Shown: positions 1 through 9,717 of the stretch, piece after piece
Numbering within the stretch: the first letter of the stretch is position 1
How the letters are laid out: every line of letters begins with the position of its first letter
Origin: Schizochytrium sp. TIO01
Taxonomy: Eukaryota > Protista > Bigyra: Labyrinthulomycetes
Direction of reading: 5' to 3'
Length of the DNA stretch: 64,000 nt
Assembly (NCBI GenBank): GCA_004764695.1
Contig: SMSO01000032.1
Location: forward strand, 1,240,001-1,304,000
The notes under the pieces: generated by a model
What the model was told of the DNA's origin: nothing
Databases searched by the model: none
Seen by the model: only the letters and a program-made list of their open reading frames with translations
Position numbers and translations under genes: made by a program

Positions 1-216
1 TTCGTATCTATCTATCTATCTATCTATCGACTTGGCTAGCCTCACTCGGGCATAAACGCTCAGGCCAAAGCGAATTGCAATTTGCCTCAAGCAAGCTGCA
101 ATTTTCGACAAGCACAAATATACCTCGCAAGGGATGGATGGATGGATGGATCTATGGGCGTGTTTATTTATCCTCGTAAGGGCGATCTTTTCCTGCATGA
201 ACAGAGAAACAAGCTT

Positions 217-247
217 AACAAACAAACAAACAAACAAACAAACAAAC
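217..247. repeat. (AAAC)n microsatellite
   Basis: Direct reading of the sequence. Confidence 0.95.
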
Positions 248-682
248 CGATCACTATGAATCCCTCACTACTTACTATCTTGGCGGTCTCAAGGATTTCA
301 AGAGATCCAATCCCGTGAAACAGACTAGACCAGGTACCCGAAGAATCGGGTCCCCTCTACTACGCCATCATGCATCCTTACCTCGTAAGATCACGATGAA
401 CGCTGGCCGAAAATCAAGCAACCCATCGACTTGAAGCCCTTGCAAAGGTGTGTGGAGAGGTACCTCGCTAGAGCTTTCTTGATAGTTCGCTCCAAGGTTT
501 GGAGCAACTGCAGGAGGTAGTACGGAAGTAGGTACCAACCTAGCTATCTATCTCTACGTACGTGTGTGTAACTCGAAAACGATGCATGTGCAGTACGCGC
601 TCTCTAAGGCGGGTATCGTGGTCCTTTGCGGTTGTGGTGGTGGCGATGACTAATCGACTGCTTGCTTGCTTCCTTGGCAGGT

Positions 683-735
683 GAGCAAGCAAGCAAGCAA
701 GAAAGCAAGCAGGCAAGCGAGCAAGCAAGCAAGCA
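683..735. repeat. Imperfect (GCAA)n microsatellite
   Basis: Direct reading. Related (CTTG)n/(GCAA)n tracts occur at about 950-980 and 1305-1330. Confidence 0.9.
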
Positions 736-2485
736 GGCAGTCAAGCACGCAAGTGGGCTTGAAAGATCCCGTCGCCGAGAAGGGCGGCCTCATTTGACCG
801 ACTGCCAGGGCAACAGCTGCGCAACAGCAGCAGCAGTAGCGTCATATGTCCACTCAAATCCATTCTCTTCAAAGCTCTGCCAGGGAAGACGCACGAGCGG
901 ACGCCAGGTAGGTTCACCCGAGATCAGACCCTCTCACGCGAGCTCTTTTATTGCTTGCTTGTTTGCTTGCTTGCTTGCTTTAGCTCGGTCGCGTCCTCTC
1001 ATTCGCTGATGCGGTGCGGATCATTGTGGCCCAGGTCGTAGCACACGAAGAACAGGTTGACGGTAGAAGATTATCGCAATTCATTTGTCCAAAAATTGAT
1101 CGAGCAGCCGCTGCGAATGAGCCAGAGCCCGGTGCCTTCGTTCCGCTCAATCGCAGTGCCGACCGAGGCGATGGCTTCTCCACGCTCCAGGCGCGACGCC
1201 ATCTTCGAGCGCTCAGGGAGGCCCGCGCCTGCCCGAGAGCCTAACATTTGACCCTGATGACCGTTGGATGGACGCCGCTTTGGCCTTTTTGGGATGGAGA
1301 GCGAGCAAGCAAGCAAGCAGGCAAGCAAGCAATCAAAGATCAGCGCCAGCAGATAGACAGCCATGACACGCGGTGGCACAGAATGGCAGAGACGCGCAGA
1401 AGAAGCGGCGCGTTGGCATCCTTCGCCTCTGCTGCGCTCGCTCACTCCGCGGACTCCGTTTTTGAATTGTGGCTCTTCAATCATTCATTCATTCCTTCAT
1501 TAACTCTTCATGTTCGAATTTGAATTTGTGCCTTTTCTACAACTCTGTCTGTCTTATTATGTGTTTAGTGAGTTCTTTTATAATGTAAAAATCATTATTT
1601 ATTTCATTTTAAATTCCATTTTTGCAAATAGTTTTATTATTATTTACGCTTTAAAAAAAAAAGGGAGCGTGAAATCTAATTGATAAAAAAGAGAATTTGC
1701 TTCTTGAAAGTTAAACTGCGTTGAGGAAAGGAGATGGATTGGTTTCCATCTCGATGAAGAAAGATCTCGTTCATGCAATCGCGCCGGTGAGCATGGAGTG
1801 TTGAGGCTCGAGAATCCTCCGTCGCAACCTCGAAGCCATCCGCTCCGTCTATGTCGGGCTTGTCCTGCCTACAGAGAGAAGCGAGTTTCGTAAACCATCA
1901 TTTCTGTCATGGAGTTAGTTATTGAGTTATTTAGTTATTGAGTTATTTAGTTAGTTAGTTTGTTTGTTAGTTTGTTAGTTTGTTTGTTGTTGTTTCTGGT
2001 GTTGTTAGTGCTGCTTCAGTCTGAACAACTAAACGTTCGCGTGGTCAGTCAGTCACTTCACAACACATAAATAGATCTCCAAGAAGAACGTGAGTCAGTC
2101 AGTCCACAGAACCGACGGGATTTTACAACTTTTGGAGCTCAACTCGCCGCGTTAAGGGTGCACAAGCAATCAGGGAGGGTATCATTGCTCGATCTGATCT
2201 CGTGGCACCGAGGTTCTTGTTCGTTTCTAGGATAGACCCTTTCATGGATTCGTTCATTTGCATCAGTTAGTAAGCTATTCTTTCGGCCGCTGCTTTCAGA
2301 TAAATCAAAACCACCGCTCATGCTTGCTGCGCATCATTTGCATCATTCGCATTATTTATTTGCACTTTCAAACTTCGTATTGATTCGTTCGAGCGAATTG
2401 GTCATTCATTCGTGTTGATGCGTATTGGTTCGTTCGCTTGCATCGATCTTCTGTCCATTTGATTCATTCGTTCTTCTTTCCCGAA

Positions 2486-2553
2486 ATCAATCAATCAATC
2501 AATCCATCAATCAATCAATCAATCAATCCATCAATCAATCAATCAATCAATCC

Positions 2554-2583
<30 letters not shown>
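2486..2583. repeat. (TCAA)n microsatellite with periodic TCCA interruptions
   Basis: Direct reading of the sequence. Confidence 0.95.
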
Positions 2584-2585
<2 letters not shown>

Positions 2586-2854
2586 AATAAATGAATGAAT
2601 GCGTTCATTCTCATCTCGCATGCGCTACTAGCATTCAACTACCTATGCACTAAGTCTCTTGTATTCGGGTATGTATATAGAACATCTGTCCCCTCTAAGC
2701 CAGCCAGTGGAGGGGCGGCAAGCAGTGCTGTTGGGAAACCTGCTGTTTGTGCTTCTTGTTCCCTTTCTTCCTTTTTCTGCCGCCCACGATTTCTGAACGT
2801 TTACCGCTCTCTTGGAAACACAGAGAAAGAAAGAAGCAAAGAAGGAAGAGAAGG

Positions 2855-2896
2855 AAGAAAAGAAAAGAAAAGAAAAGAAAAGAAAAGAAAAGAAAA
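2855..2896. repeat. (GAAAA)n microsatellite
   Basis: Direct reading of the sequence. Confidence 0.95.
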
Positions 2897-4993
2897 GGAA
2901 AGAAAGAGAGCTCTGCTTTGCTTTCTTTGCTTTGCTCTGCGGCATTTCAAATCCCATTTTCGGCCCTTTCAAGATCTCGCTGCGCGAAGGTCTGAAGAAC
3001 TCCTTCAAAAAGCTCGGCATCAGCGTCAGCGCCAGCGTCAGCCACAGCAGCAGCAGCAGCAGCGGCAGCGGGAGGAGGTGGCGCTGGAGAGCGCGAGGCC
3101 GCCCGTTGACTGCTTTCGAAAACTCGACGCTGGAGGAGGAGGACGATGTTTTGAAAATTTGAAAAGCGGCACGGGGATCTCGGGTCACAGGTTCTGGTTT
3201 GAGCTTGTGTTCATGCACGCGGCGAAGACGGCCAGCGAAGCTTGGCTGCTGCTGCCTCGACGGGTGCTCTCCACTCCACACAAGGCCGCGGCCGGCTTCC
3301 AGCGAGCCCAGGCAGCCCTCGAGAGGGCCCACGACATGCCGACCTCGTTCCGGTGAATTTGAATCTTGATGGACTAAATTAAATCTATCCCGCTCGATCC
3401 GCTCGAGGTCGTGGATGTCTTGGACAAGCAGGTCTTGGAGAAGGTGCTCTTGCACAAGCAGCTCAGCTCTGGCACGACCCCGCCGTGGATCGACTGACAG
3501 TGGAGCATGGAGGATCTCGCGAGGTCCGGGGCCCGCAGCAGAGAGAGCACATCCAGTTCAGGGTCGCGGAGAACGAGCACGCCGGAGAGCCTGGGGGGAG
3601 TACGCGGGCAGTGCTGGTGACGCCATAACAACTCCAAAGCGGACCACGGAACGCCATGGATCGATGGATGCCTGCCTCAATGAATCATGAAGGAGTTACA
3701 AAGCACATTCATTCTCCGCCCACTCCCAGCTTCAGGTTTGTCGGCGTCGCGGCAGCGAGCGTCGATACTCTCTTTGAGGTGGACCCGATTCTGCTCTGGC
3801 TTGACGGAGGACGGCCCTCGCTCGCCTCGAAACGACAACGAGTGAGTGAGGGACGACCCGAAAGAGCACGCCACGAGCGCCAGCCAGCCTCGCATGATTT
3901 GAGTGGGTGGAGGGAGTTGGTTGATGGATCGATCGGCCGCTTCTTCACTGGATCCATTGGTTCGCAATTTCTCGAGATTTACGAGTGCGCTGCTGCTTTA
4001 CGAGTGCTCTGGAGCAGCATTGTTTTTCCAGTTCAAACTTCGAAAATCGAGGAAAGAACGTCAAGCTTGCTTAAAGGCTGCAAGAAAGAAAGAAAGCAGA
4101 GAAGAAAAGGAAAGACTTTCCCACAACTGAAGAATAAATTTCTATCTGTGATTCTTTTCTTTTTTTTCTCTCTCTTTTTTAAATATATATATATTTTTAA
4201 AAAAGATATGTATAAAAGAAAAGAAAAGGAAAGGAGAGGAGAGGAGAGGAAATCAATCGATCAATCAATCTGACAATCATTGCAAATGTGGGTTTCTTCA
4301 ACCAAGGCGCCGCGATTACGCAGAGGAGCGCTTGCTAGGCCTATTTCTCTCACGGCGGTTTCGCTGGACCTCCAGTTCACTCGCGGGTGTTTGCGCTGGT
4401 GCCTATGCCGTGGGTCACGATGATCTCGATCGATCGGCTGTGCGTCCGTCATTGTTTCTTCATGCAGAATTGTAAAACTGCATGCATGCACCAATATGGC
4501 TGCCATTTTCGGGTTTCTGCGCTCCCTCTCTGCATTCTCACAGAGTAATTTGGGGCCTTTTCATTACGATCTCGCTGGAGTCTTTGTCTATTCACTACAT
4601 AGTTCACTCGCCATACACCTCAGGTTGTGCGCGGCAGTGGTTCGTCCATTGCCAACTAACTATTGACAGGGACTGTTTGACCCTCCAAACAGAAGCACGC
4701 AAGGGAAACAATAATGCCCGCTGTGGAACCGTGGCTTACTTACCAAGAGGAAGTTGGTTAGTTCCTCGCAGTCGCAGCGACGGCTTCGGCGGACTTGGAA
4801 TGAATGACAAAGGTTCGGAAAGAGGTGCCTGGAAACTAAATACCTACGGCTATCTCAGAAGCCTTGATCGACCAAAGCGACGGAAGTTTTCACATGTTCA
4901 CTACTCTCAGTTTGCAAAACAGATACTTCGTCAACGCCAACTGGCAGAGAGAAGAAGAGGGAGAAAGAAGAAGGGAAAGCAGGAGCTGAAGCC

Positions 4994-5065
<72 letters not shown>

Positions 5066-5067
5066 TC
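4994..5067. repeat. (TTTC)n microsatellite
   Basis: Direct reading of the sequence. Confidence 0.97.
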
Positions 5068-5917
5068 GCAAAATTTGAAAATTTGCTCTTTGAAAGAGTA
5101 AAAACAAAAATAGAAGGGGAAAGTATAATAGTATAGAGCAAAAGTGGAAAAGTTGCTTTTATATAATAAAAATGTAAAAACGCGGGCGTACTTGAAAAAT
5201 AAGTACTGTTAGCAGGAGCAACAAAGGGAAAGAAGCCCGAGTACTGTGCTCCAGGCTGGTTCCGGAGTGGCGTCTGGCGGCCCGAGAGGGTTTTACAGTC
5301 TCTGCGCAAGTCGAAGATTCTGGCCCTCGCAACCAAGGAAGGGTTTGCAGTGTCCTGACAGTGATGCCACGATGACTCAATCAACAGGGAAGTCGGTGTA
5401 AGGATTTACTACAAAAATAATAATATTATGTTTTTGCTTTTAAAAAAACATTTTATTATTTTATTACTTATATTTTTAAATGGCACTTGGTATATAAAAT
5501 TACAAGAGCTAAAGAGGAGGGGATTTAAAGGCACGAGACGATGTTTTCGCAGATAAAGAATGTTTTGTTTCGAAAGGAAGTTAAGTTGTTTCGTATGTAT
5601 GCTACGAGTTTAACATAGGCGCTACATGAGGTTGTATCAATATGATTCCTACTCAGCACCCGTCCCGCACGCCTCGCCAAACCCGCAAGCAAACCTCTTC
5701 GCTGGTACCCCGCGAGCCTCGTACGCCCATTTCCCCCAACTGCTCAATTAAGCGAAGCCATCCCGGCAGCACGCCGTGGAGCCTAACGTTCTGCTCTCCC
5801 GGCGATCTCTCGACCCTGTGGACCTCTTGCTGAGCTAACTATATAGCTCATCGTTGATACCTTCCTCCGTCTAGTAGTACTTGGGAAATAAACTCCTCTT
5901 GTCTCATCTCCACGAAG

Positions 5918-6772
5918 ATGTACTCCAACTCCGTGGTAGCTTTGGTCATAGCTGTCGTGGCCTTTTTGGCGGTCTTGCAGCCAGCTTCCGCGGCCCGTCT
6001 TGGTGCAACACAGCAAACACAAGCCGAGCAAGAGCTTGCGGCAACCACTGCAGAAGCCCTTGAGGCGAGCATTCGCGCGAGTCTCAGTGGGAACCGAAAG
6101 AAGAAAACTTGCTCTTCGACTATGAAGTGGACTCGTAAGTGCAGCGAAATGCTCATGAATAGCTGCTTGCAGACTTCATCTCTGGAAATCATTACCTCTA
6201 CTTCATATCTGGAAACATCCGCGAAAAGATGCCCCGGCCAGTGCGTGTGCAAGAACGCCTTGGATTATTATGACGAGGAGGCCAACGAGTGCGTTTCAGA
6301 CATTTCAGAGTGCACCACGAGCTGCTCTGGAGACCTTGTCTGGACAACATGCGGATCCGCATGCCCAAAGAACTGCGCTGGTGACACTGAAGTTACGAAC
6401 ACATCGTGCATCACAAGCTGCGTGTCGGCTTGCCGATGCCCTAACAACCAGTATCAGAACGTGGATACTAACCTCTGCTACGATACCTTCGCAGAGTGTA
6501 AGGCAGGTACTAAGACGGATGAGCTCAGTGTGAGTACTTGTGATGGAGACCTTGAGTATAATGAGTGCGGATCCAGTTGTAGTCAGGCTTGCACAACCGC
6601 AGAACGGGATACTACTCTGGTCTGTACTACTGAGTGCGTGGAGAAGTGCCAATGCCCTTCCGATACTCCATACCTCAACCCAACCACCAACTCGTGTTAT
6701 GCGTCTTACGATACTTGCTACAGTGACTACTCTAGCGGTACCACATCCTCTGATGACAGCACCAGCATGTGA
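5918..6772 (+). CDS. Secreted cysteine-rich protein with three trypsin-inhibitor-like (TIL) domains
   Basis: 284-aa ATG ORF. Signal peptide (VVALVIAVVAFLAVLQPASA). Two complete 10-Cys TIL patterns (CSGDLVWTTCGSACPKNC...CITSCVSACRC...C...C and CDGDLEYNECGSSCSQAC...CTTECVEKCQC...C...C) plus a divergent 8-Cys first domain. Confidence 0.85.
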   Translation: MYSNSVVALVIAVVAFLAVLQPASAARLGATQQTQAEQELAATTAEALEASIRASLSGNRKKKTCSSTMKWTRKCSEMLMNSCLQTSSLEIITSTSYLETSAKRCPGQCVCKNALDYYDEEANECVSDISECTTSCSGDLVWTTCGSACPKNCAGDTEVTNTSCITSCVSACRCPNNQYQNVDTNLCYDTFAECKAGTKTDELSVSTCDGDLEYNECGSSCSQACTTAERDTTLVCTTECVEKCQCPSDTPYLNPTTNSCYASYDTCYSDYSSGTTSSDDSTSM

Positions 6773-8175
6773 GGAACTTTGGGGTTTGGTGAAGAGGTCG
6801 CATGAGAGGCTTGCAGGCTTGCTGACCTACCTTTTACTGAATAACCGGCTCAAACAATTGTCATAGTAATTTGCAACCTTCATTTCATTAAAATTAAAAT
6901 ACAAGTTTTACAAACTTTAACTCTGCCAAAAATTTGCATCTCTGTCCGTAAGCTATTGTCTGATAAAATCTCCTTCTCTTTACATCTCATAAACAAAACA
7001 CACATTTTTGAATCGCCTTCATTCTCTAGACTAGAGCTTCAGCTGAATGTAGCCTCGGAAATACACCCACATTCTCGATGCTCTTTGTTTAACTACCAGT
7101 ACTGCTTCATCCTTCAACAGCTATAGATTTGCGATTCTTTCGTTGCTCGAAAGATTACATTCCAAACATGTCAAGCAATAACAGTAGGTACTAGTTTTCT
7201 GGTTTGGCGTAAGCTGCCTAGTTGTACAAGTTAGAGATAGGTACTACATGTTCAAGCATAGATGTTGAAAGATTCACTTTGATATCCCATTGTGATTATC
7301 AAAACACCTGTTGATAGTTGAGATCAATTGACATGACTTTGAACTCATCGGTTCACTAAACCAAGATCCAAATTTCTATTCTGATTTTTTGGGTCCCTGA
7401 TCCACTCATGATACAGGCAACCACCTTACTGATTACTATGCTCCAAAGTTTCTGTTTCCCACCATTCCACATCCAACATAAGTTTCCTGGGTACTCCAAA
7501 CTTGATTACAGTAGTCTCCAGATTCTCCAATCGATGTCGATAGTCAACAGCCAAATGAACTTCTTATAACCAGACAAAATCAGTGCCCTGAGAACTCTGG
7601 TCCTAACACCAACATTAATTAGTCTTACTGCGCTTTCATTCTTCGCTCTCTTCGTTTCATCCCCTCATTTCTTCTCATAATACTCCTAAAGTTTCAGCTT
7701 TGTAACTTTGGCACTGCTCCTATTGCTATCTATTGATAACACTGGAAAAGCATGCATTGCGCATCGTCACAAAGCCAGAACCAATTCGAAGAGCCCCGTC
7801 ATAGTGCTCCCCTGAGCCTCGATACGGCACAGACGCATCATACAGGTCCCAACTGAGGCATTCAAAGGTACAAAGTCACTACAAGGAACGGGCTAGGGCT
7901 AAAAAAAAAGAAGCACCCCGAGAGCGACGTTGAGTCCCGTGCCGCTCGTTCGATTTCCGCCATCGCGTCGTCATCGTGCGCACAAGAAAGTGGAAAACAA
8001 CATCATAGTCTGACCTCTCTAGACCTACCTTCGCACGTCAAACAGACTACCTACAATCAAGACAGAAACTGATTGAAAGTTGATCGGGCCGTTGGCGGCG
8101 TGGCTTCTCTTGGCGGTGGCCTGTTTAGTGTTGCTTTCTTCTGGAGGAAAAGGTTTTAGAGCTTTAGGGAAGGAA

Positions 8176-9639
8176 ATGGTGCAAACCCTCGCAAGAGAGC
8201 TTGAAGACCCAGCGCGGGTGGAGAAGAGCTCTGGCACAACGGAGAAGACGACAAGCTCATTTAAGATGGCTGAGTCCTTAGCATCTGCTTCCTCCACGTC
8301 GATCGCCTCTAGTATGGCGTCGGTAAGCTTGGTCTCGAGCTCAGCTTCGGTGTCGTCGGCTGCATCCACAGCAACCTTAAGCTATTCTACAAAGGGAGCA
8401 TCTTTTGAAGCAGATTCATGTGTTGACGAAGATATTCAACTACAGCAACCTGGCTCAGTATATCGGCTGAAGGGGGAAGACGGTGAGTCAGAATCCGGTG
8501 GACCCCCCCGTGTCGGGATCACTTTTAGTGAAAGATTTATGCTTCATTCGAGTCCCAGGAAAGGACATGAAGAAAGACCTGCACGAATTGAATCTATCCA
8601 GCGCGAGCTACAGCGTGTCAACTTGTGGGAGCAGGCAGTTCACATTGAGCCTCGGGAAGCCTCAGATGAGGAGCTGCGCGCTGTTCATACCAAAGGGTAC
8701 ATTCGTAAACTTGCACGCCTGGAAGAGAAGTGCAAGAGAGGATCCCCTGAAGAACGTAGTGAAGTGTGCACCAACTTTACAATGGATCACGAGGATGTTT
8801 ACATGAACGAACATACGATTGGGTGCGCCCGCCTTGCAGCTGGCGCATGCATGCAAGCTTTGCAAGCCATTCACGAGAAACAGATTGACTGTGGTGTTGC
8901 AATTGTCCGACCACCCGGCCACCACGCCGAAGCACATTGTGCCCAAGGGTTTTGCATCTTTAACAACGTTGCCATTGCGGCTAAACACGCTGTTGATACT
9001 TTAGGCATAAAACGCGTTCTTATTGTAGATTGGGATGTTCATCATGGCAATGGCACCCAACATGCATTTTATAACGACCCACGAGTTCTCTATTTCTCCA
9101 TTCATCGGTTCGATTTTGGGCGTTACTACCCCGCTCTCGAAGCAGCTGGGCCCATGGCAACAGGTAAGGGTCTTGCAGCTGGCACGAATGTCAACGTAGC
9201 CTGGAATGGCCATGGCTTTGGTGATGCGGAATATCTCACCGCTTGGCAATCTGTCTTGATGCCAATTGCGCAAGACTTTGACCCTGAGCTGGTTATTGTA
9301 TCCGCCGGCTTTGACGCAGCACAGGGAGATCGCATGGGTCGTTGCAATATAACCCCTATGGGATATGCTGCCATGACCCGCGAACTCTTGAAGCTAGCGA
9401 ATGGAAAAATTCTTTTGGTTCTCGAAGGTGGCTACGATCTTTCTAGTTTGAGCAAGTCCCTTGCTGCTTGTATTGAGGAGTTATTTCACCCCTCTGATTC
9501 GGAATCCCACAACTCAAGAGTCTCTGACATTGTGAAACAATATGTTCGTCCGGAGGCATTGGAAGCCATCCAGGCAAGCATCTGTGCACACACACCGTAT
9601 TGGAAATCACTTTGTACGAATAGCCTCAAGTCCGCATGA
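8176..9639 (+). CDS. Class II histone deacetylase (HDAC6/HDA1-like, single catalytic domain)
   Basis: Motifs HEERPARI, RPPGHHAE, GFCIFNN, DWDVHHGNGTQ, SAGFDA and LEGGY. Frame is open from 8080; first ATG is at 8176, so the start is uncertain. Confidence 0.93.
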   Translation: MVQTLARELEDPARVEKSSGTTEKTTSSFKMAESLASASSTSIASSMASVSLVSSSASVSSAASTATLSYSTKGASFEADSCVDEDIQLQQPGSVYRLKGEDGESESGGPPRVGITFSERFMLHSSPRKGHEERPARIESIQRELQRVNLWEQAVHIEPREASDEELRAVHTKGYIRKLARLEEKCKRGSPEERSEVCTNFTMDHEDVYMNEHTIGCARLAAGACMQALQAIHEKQIDCGVAIVRPPGHHAEAHCAQGFCIFNNVAIAAKHAVDTLGIKRVLIVDWDVHHGNGTQHAFYNDPRVLYFSIHRFDFGRYYPALEAAGPMATGKGLAAGTNVNVAWNGHGFGDAEYLTAWQSVLMPIAQDFDPELVIVSAGFDAAQGDRMGRCNITPMGYAAMTRELLKLANGKILLVLEGGYDLSSLSKSLAACIEELFHPSDSESHNSRVSDIVKQYVRPEALEAIQASICAHTPYWKSLCTNSLKSA

Positions 9640-9717
9640 GCAAACTCAGTGATTCTTCTGTTGTTTGTAATCTTCTACCTGCAAAGTGTAGAAATTTAGT
9701 GTAAATAGTCTAGGCAC

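Noticed and set aside
2486-2583. Periodic repeat arrays as CRISPR or telomeric arrays
   Set aside because: Simple 4-5-bp microsatellites with no unique spacers, no cas genes and no telomere-type arrays.
2595-3455. 253-aa and 270-aa ORFs as intact genes
   Set aside because: They are kept open by microsatellite and CAG tracts and are low complexity; treated only as a possible relic.
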